A DNA stretch of 11,659 bases, from UHGV virus genome UHGV-1582668. One strand, written 5' to 3'. The first letter of the stretch is position 1; each line of letters opens with the position of its first letter. A program made the translations under genes and the position numbers. The notes under the pieces are model-generated. The model worked only from the letters and a program-made list of their open reading frames with translations. It ran no database searches and was not told where the DNA came from. Origin of the DNA: a virus. This document shows, piece by piece, positions 1 to 8,497 of this stretch.

Positions 1-139
1 CAATCGACGATTGCTGGAAAGGCTGGGCCATACTCCTCCGGCAGAAGCAGAAAAAGCTTATTATGCTTCCATCGGAAACGATGATCTGGCAGCCTGAGTT
101 CACAGATAAAATACTCTCCAGGAAACCCGGGGCGGTTCA
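1..139 (+). mobile_element. 3' terminal fragment of an IS3-family insertion sequence (IS629/IS1203-like): last 31 codons of the transposase (2..97) plus the right terminal inverted repeat ending ...CCCGGGGCGGTTCA at 139; the rest of the element lies left of the window
   Basis: Frame starting at nt 2 translates to NRRLLERLGHTPPAEAEKAYYASIGNDDLAA followed by TGA at 95-97, a typical C-terminus of IS3-family OrfB/InsF-type transposases. The segment ends in ...TCA, matching the 5'-TG...CA-3' termini of IS3-family elements. Positions 1-139 are the exact reverse complement of 11521-11659. Assignment to IS629 specifically is from memory and unverified. Confidence 0.8.
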
Positions 140-163
140 AATGCCTGGTCAGCAACGCAGGAT

Positions 164-2284
164 ATGCGTGAGCAGATTATTGAGGCTCAGCGTTTCGTCC
201 GGGTGTCCGGCGCACAGTGGGAAGGCAGCACAAACGCTGGTTACTCATTTGATGAAGGCAGGTTTGAGCATTATCCGCGTTTTGAACTGAATAAGATTTC
301 CCGTGAATGTGATCGCATCATTGGCGAGTATCGACAGAATCGCATCAGCGTTAAATTCAGGCCGAAGGATGACAAGGCATCGGAAGCTTTAGCCGAAAAA
401 ATGAACGGCAAATTCCGCGCTGACTATCAGGAAACATCCGGTGGCGAAGCGTGTGATAACGCATTTGATGATGCCGTAACGGGTGGATTCGGTTGTTTCC
501 GCATGTGTGCCGATTACGAAGATGAAATGGATCCGAGTAACGAGCAGCGCCGCATCAGCCTTCTTCCTGTTTACGACCCAGCGACATGCGTCTTCTTTGA
601 TCAGGACAGCAAGCAATATGACCGCTCTGATGCTATGTGGGCTATGGAAATGTTCTCCATGACGCCTAAAGCGTTCGAGGCTGAATACCCTGATTCCATC
701 GCGGCAAGCCTTTCTCGTGATGACACTGGCACTCAATATGACTGGTCAACGCCAGATGCCATCTATGTTGGACGTTACTACGAAGTCCGCATAGAGAAGG
801 TGAAGCTCACGGCGTGGCGCAACCCTGTTAGCGGAGAAACGGCAATCTATGATGAAGATCAAATCAAAGATATTGTCGACGAGCTAACCGATGGCGCATT
901 CGAACTGATTGGTGAGCGAACGGTGAAGAAACGCCGCGTTTATTGCGGCCTTCTGTCTGGCGCTGAATGGCTGGAAGAACCGAAGCGTATTCCGGGCGAA
1001 CATATTCCACTCATCCCGGTATATGGGCGTCGCTCATTTGTTGATAATCAGGAGCGAATCGAAGGCCACGCAGCAAAAGCGATGGATGCACAGCGTCTTG
1101 AGAACCTGATGGTTTCCATGATTGCAGATAACGCCACTCAGGCTGGCGGTGATGGCATTCCTATCGTGGATGTTGATTTCATTCCCGGCCCATTAATGAA
1201 TCACTGGGCAGAGAGGAATAAGAAAAGACCTGCAGTTCTTCCTATGACCAGCAAGAAGGACAAAAACGGAACAGTCATTTCAGAAGCTCAGGTTGCTGGC
1301 TGGACACCTCCGACACAAATGCCGCCAGCTCTTGCCGGGCTATTGCAGTACACCGGAACGGCTATTCAGCAAATTACAGGTGCGTCGCAGCTTGAGAACA
1401 TGCCGAGCAACGTCGCTACCGATACCGTTGATAGCATCTTTAACCGGATGGACACGCAGTCCTATATCTACATGGACAACATGGCTAAATCCATGCGCCG
1501 TGCTGGCGTCGTGTGGCTTTCTATGGCTCGTGAAGTCTATGGCAGCGATACGCCAATGCGCATCGTTAATGAGGATGGCAGCGATGACGTGGCGCTGATG
1601 ACTGGTGAAGTGGTTGACCGTCAGACAGGGCAGGTTATCGCGCTTAACGACCTTTCGCAGGGTAACTATGAAGTGACTGTCGATGTCGGTCAGTCGTTCG
1701 CTACTCGCCGTGACGCAACGGTTAAGTCGTTACTTTCCATGCTGGCACTTATCCCGCCCGGAACGCCGAAACACGACCTTGTATCGTCGATGATCCTCGA
1801 CAATATGGACGGCGAAGGGATGGACGACCTTAAAGAATACAACCGCAATCAGTTGCTTCTGTCTGGAGTTATCAAGCCGAGAACGCCAGAAGAACAGCAG
1901 ATGGTTGAGCAGGCGAAACAACAACAGGCCAGTCAGCCAGATCCGGCTATGGTTGCTGCGCAAGGTCAGCTTCTTGCTGGTCAGGCTGAATTGCAGAAAG
2001 CGCAGAACGAGCAGGCAGCCATTCAGGTTAAAGCATTCCAGGCACAGACTGATGCTCAGGTTGCAGCGGCAAATGTTGTGAAAATCCTCGCATCTGCCGA
2101 TAGCCAGCAGAAATCTGATATCCGCGAGGCTCTGAAACTGCTCGGACAGTTCCAGCAACAGCAAGGAGACAATGCCCGTGCTGATGCAGAGCTTGTCCTG
2201 AAAAGTCAGGCACAGGGCCATGCGCAGCGCATGGACATCAGCAGCATCCTGCAAAAATCAACTCAGCAACAACCACAGCAGTAA
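164..2284 (+). CDS. Portal protein, P22 gp1 family, 706 aa from the first ATG; appears 5'-truncated by the IS junction at 139/140
   Basis: Long ORF at the expected position upstream of scaffold and coat. Translation shows motifs recalled from P22 portal (FRPKDD, ADYED, KKRRVY, GEHIPLIPVYG) and a Gln/Ala-rich C-terminal tail consistent with the portal barrel. Phage-derived sequence in this frame is open from nt 140 with no ATG or Shine-Dalgarno before 164; by offset against P22 gp1 roughly 13-20 N-terminal codons are missing. Confidence 0.88.
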   Translation: MREQIIEAQRFVRVSGAQWEGSTNAGYSFDEGRFEHYPRFELNKISRECDRIIGEYRQNRISVKFRPKDDKASEALAEKMNGKFRADYQETSGGEACDNAFDDAVTGGFGCFRMCADYEDEMDPSNEQRRISLLPVYDPATCVFFDQDSKQYDRSDAMWAMEMFSMTPKAFEAEYPDSIAASLSRDDTGTQYDWSTPDAIYVGRYYEVRIEKVKLTAWRNPVSGETAIYDEDQIKDIVDELTDGAFELIGERTVKKRRVYCGLLSGAEWLEEPKRIPGEHIPLIPVYGRRSFVDNQERIEGHAAKAMDAQRLENLMVSMIADNATQAGGDGIPIVDVDFIPGPLMNHWAERNKKRPAVLPMTSKKDKNGTVISEAQVAGWTPPTQMPPALAGLLQYTGTAIQQITGASQLENMPSNVATDTVDSIFNRMDTQSYIYMDNMAKSMRRAGVVWLSMAREVYGSDTPMRIVNEDGSDDVALMTGEVVDRQTGQVIALNDLSQGNYEVTVDVGQSFATRRDATVKSLLSMLALIPPGTPKHDLVSSMILDNMDGEGMDDLKEYNRNQLLLSGVIKPRTPEEQQMVEQAKQQQASQPDPAMVAAQGQLLAGQAELQKAQNEQAAIQVKAFQAQTDAQVAAANVVKILASADSQQKSDIREALKLLGQFQQQQGDNARADAELVLKSQAQGHAQRMDISSILQKSTQQQPQQ

Positions 2285-2374
2285 TTAACCCATAACGTGC
2301 AATGGCTGTCTTTATGAGGCCTGGCACCCTATTGCCTTCCGATGGGCTGAACATCGAGTAAACAGGGGTAACAA

Positions 2375-3268
2375 ATGGACCAGATGGCAGAAAACACACC
2401 AGAAGTTGAAATCGAAACCGACGCGTCAGAGCAGATTCCTGATGATGTCGAACTGGCTGAAAAAGTCGAAACAGAAGATGGCAGTGAGTCCTCAGGCAAT
2501 GATGCAGAGGAGGCTACTGAAACTGATGACGACGAATCAGAACAGGAATTCTACTTTGGTGACGAAAAGCTGGATTCGCCAACCAGCGAAGATGGCGCTG
2601 AGCATGGACTGGTAAAACACCTGCGCAAGACGATTAAAGAGAAAGACCGCGAGCTGAAAGAGCTGATGCGTCAGTCTCAGAAACCCGTCGAGCAGCAGCC
2701 GGTAATCACTCAACCACCGCGAATGCCAAAACTGGATGATGAGGACATCGGTTTCGATGAAGAAATCTACCAGCAACGCATGGCTAAGTGGGCAGAGGAT
2801 AATGGCAAGTACCAGCAACAGGAGATGGCTCGCAAGCAGAAGGAGCAGGAGCTTCAGGCTGCCTATCAAGAGCGATTATCCAAATATCAGCAACGTGTTA
2901 AGGCTCTCAAAGTTCCTGGCTATCAGGAAGCTGAGCAGGCCGTACTCGAGGAAATCCCCATCGAGACACAAAACGCGATCCTGTTTGAGTCAGAGAAGCC
3001 GGAAATCGTTGTTCTGGCGCTTGGTCGCAACGCTGAACTGCGCAAGCAACTGGCAGAAGCTACCAACCCCGTAGCAATTGGTCGTCTGCTGGAACGTATC
3101 GAATCGAAGGCCAGAATCATGCCAAAAGCAAAAACCACGGCAGCCACAACCCCGACGGTTAAGGGGAGCAACGGCGCAGTAATCAACAACCTCGACAAAT
3201 TGAAAGCCAAGGCGCTGGAAACTGGTGACTGGACGCCGTATTTCGCCGCTAAAAAGGCAAAAAAATAA
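2375..3268 (+). CDS. Scaffolding protein, P22 gp8-like, 297 aa
   Basis: Sits between portal and coat; size close to P22 gp8 (303 aa as recalled). Strongly acidic N-terminal third, charged and coiled-coil-like middle, basic C-terminus ending ...KKAKK as expected for a coat-binding helix-turn-helix. Shine-Dalgarno AGGGG 5 nt upstream of the ATG. Confidence 0.8.
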   Translation: MDQMAENTPEVEIETDASEQIPDDVELAEKVETEDGSESSGNDAEEATETDDDESEQEFYFGDEKLDSPTSEDGAEHGLVKHLRKTIKEKDRELKELMRQSQKPVEQQPVITQPPRMPKLDDEDIGFDEEIYQQRMAKWAEDNGKYQQQEMARKQKEQELQAAYQERLSKYQQRVKALKVPGYQEAEQAVLEEIPIETQNAILFESEKPEIVVLALGRNAELRKQLAEATNPVAIGRLLERIESKARIMPKAKTTAATTPTVKGSNGAVINNLDKLKAKALETGDWTPYFAAKKAKK

Positions 3269-3286
3269 CCTATTGGAGCATTAAGC

Positions 3287-4540
3287 ATGGCTAACCAATT
3301 AGCAAAAGACCTTGAAATCATGTTCGAAAACTACGTTGAAGGCTTTGAGGCCGCCTGCGTAGTTTCCCGTAACGCTAAAAAATTCCGTCCCGGTGATACA
3401 GCAATGCAGCGAGCAGGTGATGTTCTGTATCGTCCGCAGCATTACCACATGAATATTGAGGAAGGCCTCGACCTCAGCAGCAAAACGCCAACAGCACTGG
3501 TTCAGCGCCTTGTTCCTTCAGTGTTCAAGGAGCCGAAAAACATTCTGTACACTCTGGATGCGCGTGAAATGCGTGATCCGGAACATAAAACTGAAGCTGG
3601 TCGCGCCGCAGGTATGCGCCTTGCTGCACAGATTGACTCTGACCTGATTTCCATGGTCACGCAGCGTGCTACTAACGTGATCACGATGGCTGACTCAACC
3701 GCAGGTACACAGGGCCGTGATTTGTGGAACTGTGCGGCAGGTATTGATGCCACCATGACGGCGATTGGTGTACCTCAGGGTATCAACCGTCGCTCTTTCT
3801 GGAACCCCTTCAACTACAAAGACCTTGCTGGCGAGCTTGGTCACCGTGCCTATGCTCAGGGCGCAACCCTGACAGCATACGAAAAAGCGCAAATCCCTCC
3901 GGTTGCGTCCTTCGATAGCTACAAGACCGATATTTCTGGTCGATTACCGAAAGGAAGCACTGAATCCTTGACAGTATCAGGCCAACCTGAACACAAGGTT
4001 GAAGCGAAAGATTCAAATGGTATGCCAGTTGATAACCGACAGGGGACTATTACGGTATCTGCATCTGGCTTGCAGGTTGGTGATGCGTTCACCATTGCCG
4101 GTGTGAATTCCGTACACCAGATCACAAAAGATACCACCGGTCAACCGCAGGTATTCCGTGTTCTGGCTGTTAGCGGAACTACCGTAACAATTTCTCCAAA
4201 GATTCTCCCTGTTGAAAATACTGATGTTGCGAGTCGTCCATATGCAAACGTCGATGCCAAACCGGCAGAATCAGCAGCAATCACCATTCTCAACAAGAAC
4301 GCAGCACCTGCTAACCTCTTCTGGGCTGATGGTTCTGTTGAGCTGATGTACGGCAAACTGGCATTCCCGACAGGTCAGGGTCCACAGGTAATGACAGCAA
4401 CCACCGAGCAGGGCGCTACGCTGATCATGTCTTATGCCTTCGACCACATCAAAGGCGTAACCACTGCTCGTTTCACCACTCTGTACGGTTGCTCTGTACT
4501 TGTTCCTGAATATACGGGCATCGTTATTGCCGGGCAGTAA
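3287..4540 (+). CDS. Major capsid (coat) protein, P22 gp5 family, 417 aa
   Basis: Position immediately after scaffold; size near P22 coat (430 aa as recalled). Segments alignable to recalled P22 coat motifs (AKKFRPGD...MQRAG; NLFWADGSVELMY versus P22 NVFWADDAIRIV). GGAG Shine-Dalgarno 8 nt upstream. Followed directly by a strong intrinsic terminator, typical of a highly expressed coat gene. Confidence 0.88.
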   Translation: MANQLAKDLEIMFENYVEGFEAACVVSRNAKKFRPGDTAMQRAGDVLYRPQHYHMNIEEGLDLSSKTPTALVQRLVPSVFKEPKNILYTLDAREMRDPEHKTEAGRAAGMRLAAQIDSDLISMVTQRATNVITMADSTAGTQGRDLWNCAAGIDATMTAIGVPQGINRRSFWNPFNYKDLAGELGHRAYAQGATLTAYEKAQIPPVASFDSYKTDISGRLPKGSTESLTVSGQPEHKVEAKDSNGMPVDNRQGTITVSASGLQVGDAFTIAGVNSVHQITKDTTGQPQVFRVLAVSGTTVTISPKILPVENTDVASRPYANVDAKPAESAAITILNKNAAPANLFWADGSVELMYGKLAFPTGQGPQVMTATTEQGATLIMSYAFDHIKGVTTARFTTLYGCSVLVPEYTGIVIAGQ

Positions 4541-4546
4541 TTTTGG

Positions 4547-4569
4547 TGGGGCTTCGGCCCCATTTTTAT
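4547..4569 (+). terminator. Rho-independent terminator or attenuator downstream of the coat gene
   Basis: Perfect 6-bp GC-rich stem TGGGGC (4547-4552) and GCCCCA (4557-4562) around a TTCG tetraloop, followed by TTTTTAT (4563-4569). Begins 7 nt after the coat stop codon. Confidence 0.75.
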
Positions 4570-4581
4570 TGGGAGAAGACA

Positions 4582-4770
4582 ATGGCACGAACAATGCTCT
4601 ATAAGCCTGGCAACATGATCACCTGTGGTCAGTTTGCTGTCGATTACGTCATTGTTGATGACGAAGAAGTTAAATCTCACCTGAAAAAAGGTTGGGTAAA
4701 AACTCCTGAAGAAACCGCAACGAAGCAAAAAGTGGCTAAGGCGGAAGAAGATGGCGAAAACGAAGGGTGA
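4582..4770 (+). CDS. Small hypothetical protein, 62 aa, in the coat-to-gp4 gap (conserved small-ORF position in P22-like phages)
   Basis: ATG at 4582 preceded by a strong Shine-Dalgarno GGGAGAAG at 4571-4578. The ORF track's start at 4543 is a TTG lying inside the terminator hairpin and is unlikely to be used. The 3' end overlaps the gp4-like start by 20 nt. Acidic C-terminus (AEEDGENEG). Function unknown. Confidence 0.5.
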   Translation: MARTMLYKPGNMITCGQFAVDYVIVDDEEVKSHLKKGWVKTPEETATKQKVAKAEEDGENEG

Positions 4771-5212
4771 TCTCGTTCTAAAGGCTTTACGAAAAGCCGG
4801 GCTGTATTCCAATGCCACGTTGACAGATGCTGACCCTCAGGCAATTGAAGATGCCATTAATGACCTCGAAGACATGATGGCAGCATGGCAGGCTAAAGGT
4901 ATCGAGCTTGGATATCAGTTTGCTGATACAGAAAACGGCATCATGCCGTTACCTGACGATGATTCAGGTATCCCTGCATGGGCAAATGATGGCGTCGCTT
5001 TGAAACTCGCTGTGCAAGTGTGCATGGATAACGTCATTCAGCCGTCAGACGCTCTCCTTACCGCTGCTGACAGTGCATATCAGACAATCTGTATCGCTTT
5101 AACCAAAATACCACCACTTGAGCGGCGAAATGACATGCCTCGCGGTAGTGGTAACAAAAGCGCGTTTACGTGGAATCGGTTTTACATCGAGAAAGATGAT
5201 CCGAGTACGTGA
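4751..5212 (+). CDS. Tail accessory / head completion protein, P22 gp4-like, 153 aa
   Basis: Position and size match P22 gp4 (166 aa as recalled). N-terminus MAKTKGDLVLKALRKAGL...ATLTD resembles recalled P22 gp4 (KTKGDLVRAALRKLG...ATLTD); also a shared PRGSGN-type motif near the C-terminus. Shine-Dalgarno GGAAGAAG upstream. Confidence 0.8.
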   Translation: MAKTKGDLVLKALRKAGLYSNATLTDADPQAIEDAINDLEDMMAAWQAKGIELGYQFADTENGIMPLPDDDSGIPAWANDGVALKLAVQVCMDNVIQPSDALLTAADSAYQTICIALTKIPPLERRNDMPRGSGNKSAFTWNRFYIEKDDPST

Positions 5213-5221
5213 GGTGAATAA

Positions 5222-6640
5222 ATGCCGATTCAGCAACTTCCGCTTATGAAAGGTGTCGGCAAAGACTTTAGAAACGCCGACTATATCGACTATCTGCCAG
5301 TGAATATGTTGGCTACACCCAAAGAAATCCTTAACAGCAGCGGATATCTTCGCTCATTCCCGGGCATTGCCAAACGCTCTGATGTAAACGGTGTATCGCG
5401 CGGAGTTGAGTACAACATGGCGCAGAATGCTGTTTATCGCGTGTGTGGCGGCAAGCTGTACAAAGGAGAAAGTGAAGTCGGTGATGTTGCCGGAAGTGGT
5501 CGTGTATCAATGGCGCATGGTCGAACATCTCAGGCTGTAGGCGTTAATGGTCAACTGGTTGAGTATCGCTATGATGGCACGGTTAAAACCGTCTCAAACT
5601 GGCCTGCAGACAGCGGATTTACGCAGTATGAGTTAGGTTCAGTCCGCGACATTACACGCTTACGTGGGCGTTATGCGTGGTCAAAAGACGGCACGGATTC
5701 ATGGTTTATTACTGACCCTGAAGACGAATCGCACCCTGACCGATACAGCGCACAATATCGCGCAGAATCGCAGCCTGACGGCATTATCGGCATCGGAACA
5801 TGGCGAGACTTCATTGTCTGCTTTGGTTCATCAACGATTGAATATTTCTCCATGACTGGTGCAACCACTGTTGGTGCCGCTTTGTATGTCGCACAGCCAT
5901 CGCTGATGGTGCAGAAAGGTATTGCCGGGACTTACTGCAAAACGCCGTTTGCTGATTCGTATGCGTTCATCAGCAATCCGGCAACAGGCGCGCCTTCTGT
6001 ATACATCATCGGCTCCGGTCAGGTATCACCAATAGCCAGCGCGAGCATTGAGAAAATCCTCCGCTCCTACACTGCTGATGAACTGGCTGATGGCGTGATG
6101 GAATCGTTGCGGTTTGATGCTCATGAGTTGCTGATTATTCACCTGCCGCGCCACGTCCTCGTGTACGACGCATCTTCAAGCGCCAATGGTCCGCAATGGT
6201 GTGTACTGAAAACAGGCCTGTATGACGATGTGTACCGCGCTATCGACTTCATTTACGAAGGCAACCAAATTACGTGCGGCGATAAGCTTGAATCGATGAC
6301 AGGGAAATTGCAGTTCGATATCAGCAGCCAGTACGACAGGCAACAGGAACACCTGCTGTTTACTCCGTTGTTCAAAGCGGATAACGCCAGAGTTTTCGAC
6401 CTTGAGGTTGAGTCGTCAACTGGCGTTGCGCAGTATGCTGACCGCCTTTTTCTCTCTGCAACCACTGACGGCATCAATTACGGGCGTGAGCAGATGATTG
6501 AGCAGAATGAACCGTTCGTTTACGACAAACGTGTTTTGTGGAAGCGAGTAGGGCGCATCAGGAAAAATGTCGGCTTCAAATTGCGCGTTATCACGAAGTC
6601 ACCTGTCACTCTGTCTGGTTGCCAGATAAGGATTGAGTAA
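5222..6640 (+). CDS. Tail hub / packaged-DNA stabilization protein, P22 gp10-like, 472 aa
   Basis: Same length as P22 gp10 as recalled and the same position after gp4. N-terminus MPIQQLP... as recalled for P22 gp10. Shine-Dalgarno GAGGTG 5 nt upstream. Stop overlaps the next start (TAATG). Confidence 0.85.
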   Translation: MPIQQLPLMKGVGKDFRNADYIDYLPVNMLATPKEILNSSGYLRSFPGIAKRSDVNGVSRGVEYNMAQNAVYRVCGGKLYKGESEVGDVAGSGRVSMAHGRTSQAVGVNGQLVEYRYDGTVKTVSNWPADSGFTQYELGSVRDITRLRGRYAWSKDGTDSWFITDPEDESHPDRYSAQYRAESQPDGIIGIGTWRDFIVCFGSSTIEYFSMTGATTVGAALYVAQPSLMVQKGIAGTYCKTPFADSYAFISNPATGAPSVYIIGSGQVSPIASASIEKILRSYTADELADGVMESLRFDAHELLIIHLPRHVLVYDASSSANGPQWCVLKTGLYDDVYRAIDFIYEGNQITCGDKLESMTGKLQFDISSQYDRQQEHLLFTPLFKADNARVFDLEVESSTGVAQYADRLFLSATTDGINYGREQMIEQNEPFVYDKRVLWKRVGRIRKNVGFKLRVITKSPVTLSGCQIRIE

Positions 6641-7341
6641 TGGCTGATTCGAATCTCAATGAGCCGGTAACAATTCAGGCTACACGACTCGATACATCAA
6701 TCCTTCCACGCAATATATTCAGCCAGTCTTACCTGCTGTATGTCATTAATCAGGGGGCTGATGTCGGCGCAATTGCCGGGAAGGCAAATCAGGCTGGTCA
6801 GGGCGCTTACGATGCCCAGGTAAAAAACGATGAACAGGATGTCGAACTGGCTGATCACGACGCAAGAATCACCGCAAACACAAAAGCGATAAATCTACTT
6901 GAGGTCAGGTTAACAACTGCCGAAGGGAAGATAGTCGTACTGCGTAGCGATGTTGATTACTTGCTGGATGAGGTTATCGATATTCAGGCGCATCTGGTCA
7001 CTGTTGACCAAAGACTGGATGACGTAGAAAACGATGTCTCTGGCATTAAGAGTGATTACGTATCGAAAACCGTAACCGAATCGCAGTCTCTTGCGTCACC
7101 GCTGGATGTAAAAACATCATATTCAGTTGATGGAATTCAGGTTGTTGGAGCAAGAAATACCGGATGGACTGCAGCCACAGGTACACCTCTTCTTGGCTCA
7201 TTCAACGCTAACCAGTCATACACGGTCGGCACTACGTACACACAATCCGAAGTCGCGGCTCTCGCTACAGGTTTGCAGCAGGCGCGGCAGCGTATTCTGG
7301 CGATTGAAACGGCACTTAGATTACATGGGCTGATTGACTGA
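6640..7341 (+). CDS. Tail needle (cell-puncturing plug) protein, P22 gp26-like, 233 aa
   Basis: Same length as P22 gp26 as recalled. N-terminal region ([20 protein letters not shown]) followed by a heptad-repeat coiled-coil-like centre and C-terminus ...[20 protein letters not shown], matching the trimeric needle architecture. Translationally coupled on both sides (TAATG, TGATG). Confidence 0.85.
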   Translation: MADSNLNEPVTIQATRLDTSILPRNIFSQSYLLYVINQGADVGAIAGKANQAGQGAYDAQVKNDEQDVELADHDARITANTKAINLLEVRLTTAEGKIVVLRSDVDYLLDEVIDIQAHLVTVDQRLDDVENDVSGIKSDYVSKTVTESQSLASPLDVKTSYSVDGIQVVGARNTGWTAATGTPLLGSFNANQSYTVGTTYTQSEVAALATGLQQARQRILAIETALRLHGLID

Positions 7342-7796
7342 TGATTACATTCAAACCAACGCGAAACATCGACCTGATAGAAGCCGTAGGAAATCACCAT
7401 GACATTATCGCCGGGAGCAACAACGGTGATGGATACGACTACAAACCTGAATGCCGTTACTTTGAGGTGAACGTGCACGGGCAGTTCGGCGGAATTGTTT
7501 ACTATCAGGAGATTCAGCCGCTAACCTTTGATTGCCACGCCATGTACCTGCCAGAGATTCGCGGCTTCAGCAAGGAAATCGGGCTGGCGTTCTGGCGATA
7601 CATTCTGACTAACACCACCGTTCAGTGCGTCACATCGTTCGCTGCACGCAAATTCCGCCACGGGCAGATGTACTGCGCAATGGTTGGCCTTAAGCGTGTA
7701 GGAACCATCAAGAAATACTTCAAAGGCGTGGATGACGTGACGTTTTACAGCGCCACACGCGAAGAACTAATCGACTTCCTGAATCACGGGAGATAG
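7341..7796 (+). CDS. Hypothetical protein at the P22 gene 14 position (gp14-like head assembly / DNA-delivery accessory), 151 aa
   Basis: Located between the needle and the first ejection-protein gene, where gene 14 sits in P22. Start overlaps the needle stop (TGATG). Contains several Cys and His residues. Assignment rests on position only; I cannot confirm sequence similarity from memory. Confidence 0.5.
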   Translation: MITFKPTRNIDLIEAVGNHHDIIAGSNNGDGYDYKPECRYFEVNVHGQFGGIVYYQEIQPLTFDCHAMYLPEIRGFSKEIGLAFWRYILTNTTVQCVTSFAARKFRHGQMYCAMVGLKRVGTIKKYFKGVDDVTFYSATREELIDFLNHGR

Positions 7797-7798
7797 CC

Positions 7799-8488
7799 AT
7801 GTTATATGCATTTAAGCTGGGCAGAAAACTGCGCGGCGAGGAACCTTATTGCCCTGAAAAAGGCGGGAAAGGTGGCTCCGATAAAAGTGCAAAGTATGCC
7901 GCAGAAGCTCAGAAGTATGCCGCAGACCTGCAAAATCAGCAGTTCAACACCATCATGAATAACCTGAAGCCGTTTACTCCTCTGGCTGAGAAGTATGTCG
8001 GCAGCCTCGAGAACTTATCGTCTCTGGAGGGGCAAGGTCAGGCACTTAACCAGTATTACAACTCTCAGCAGTATAAAGACCTTGCAGGTCAGGCTCGCTA
8101 TCAGAGTCTGGCGGCAGCGGAAGCAACAGGTGGATTGGGTTCCACCTCAACCAGTAATCAGTTAGCAACAATCGCACCAACGCTTGGTCAGCAATGGCTA
8201 TCTGGACAAATGAACAACTACCAGAATCTGGCAAATATTGGTCTTGGCGCGCTTCAGGGGCAGGCAAATGCTGGGCAAACATATGCCAACAACATGAGCC
8301 AGATTTCACAGCAAAGCGCGGCTCTTGCAGCGGCAAACGCCAACAGACCATCAGCAATGCAATCTGCTATTGGCGGAGGTGCGTCTGGTGCCATTGCTGG
8401 GGCTGGACTTGCGAAATTAATTGGTTCATCAACTCCGTGGGGGGCTGCGATCGGCGGCGGTCTTGGTCTGCTTGGCTCGTTGTTTTAA
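7799..8488 (+). CDS. Ejection (DNA transfer / injection) protein, P22 gp7-like, 229 aa
   Basis: Same length as P22 gp7 as recalled; N-terminus MLYAFKLGRKLRGEE... matches my recollection of gp7. Gln/Asn/Ala-rich centre and a Gly/Ala-rich hydrophobic C-terminal tail (AIGGGASGAIAGAGLAKLIGSSTPWGAAIGGGLGLLGSLF). Shine-Dalgarno GGGAG upstream. Confidence 0.8.
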   Translation: MLYAFKLGRKLRGEEPYCPEKGGKGGSDKSAKYAAEAQKYAADLQNQQFNTIMNNLKPFTPLAEKYVGSLENLSSLEGQGQALNQYYNSQQYKDLAGQARYQSLAAAEATGGLGSTSTSNQLATIAPTLGQQWLSGQMNNYQNLANIGLGALQGQANAGQTYANNMSQISQQSAALAAANANRPSAMQSAIGGGASGAIAGAGLAKLIGSSTPWGAAIGGGLGLLGSLF

Positions 8489-8497
8489 GGGGTAATC

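Noticed and set aside
84-139. Possible outward-reading promoter in the IS end that could drive the truncated portal gene (TAAAAT at 107-112)
   Set aside because: No acceptable -35 hexamer at 17 +/- 1 bp spacing (the sequence there is ATCTGG), so the evidence is too weak to call a hybrid promoter from sequence alone.
63-290. ORF 63..290 (+, 75 aa) spanning the IS/phage junction
   Set aside because: It starts inside the IS end in a different frame from the transposase tail and overlaps the portal start out of frame, with no ribosome-binding site; most likely a chance ORF created by the junction.
4543-4581. Upstream start at 4543 for the small ORF, as given in the ORF track
   Set aside because: The codon at 4543 is TTG and lies inside the terminator hairpin; the ATG at 4582 has a near-consensus Shine-Dalgarno site and is the far more plausible start.
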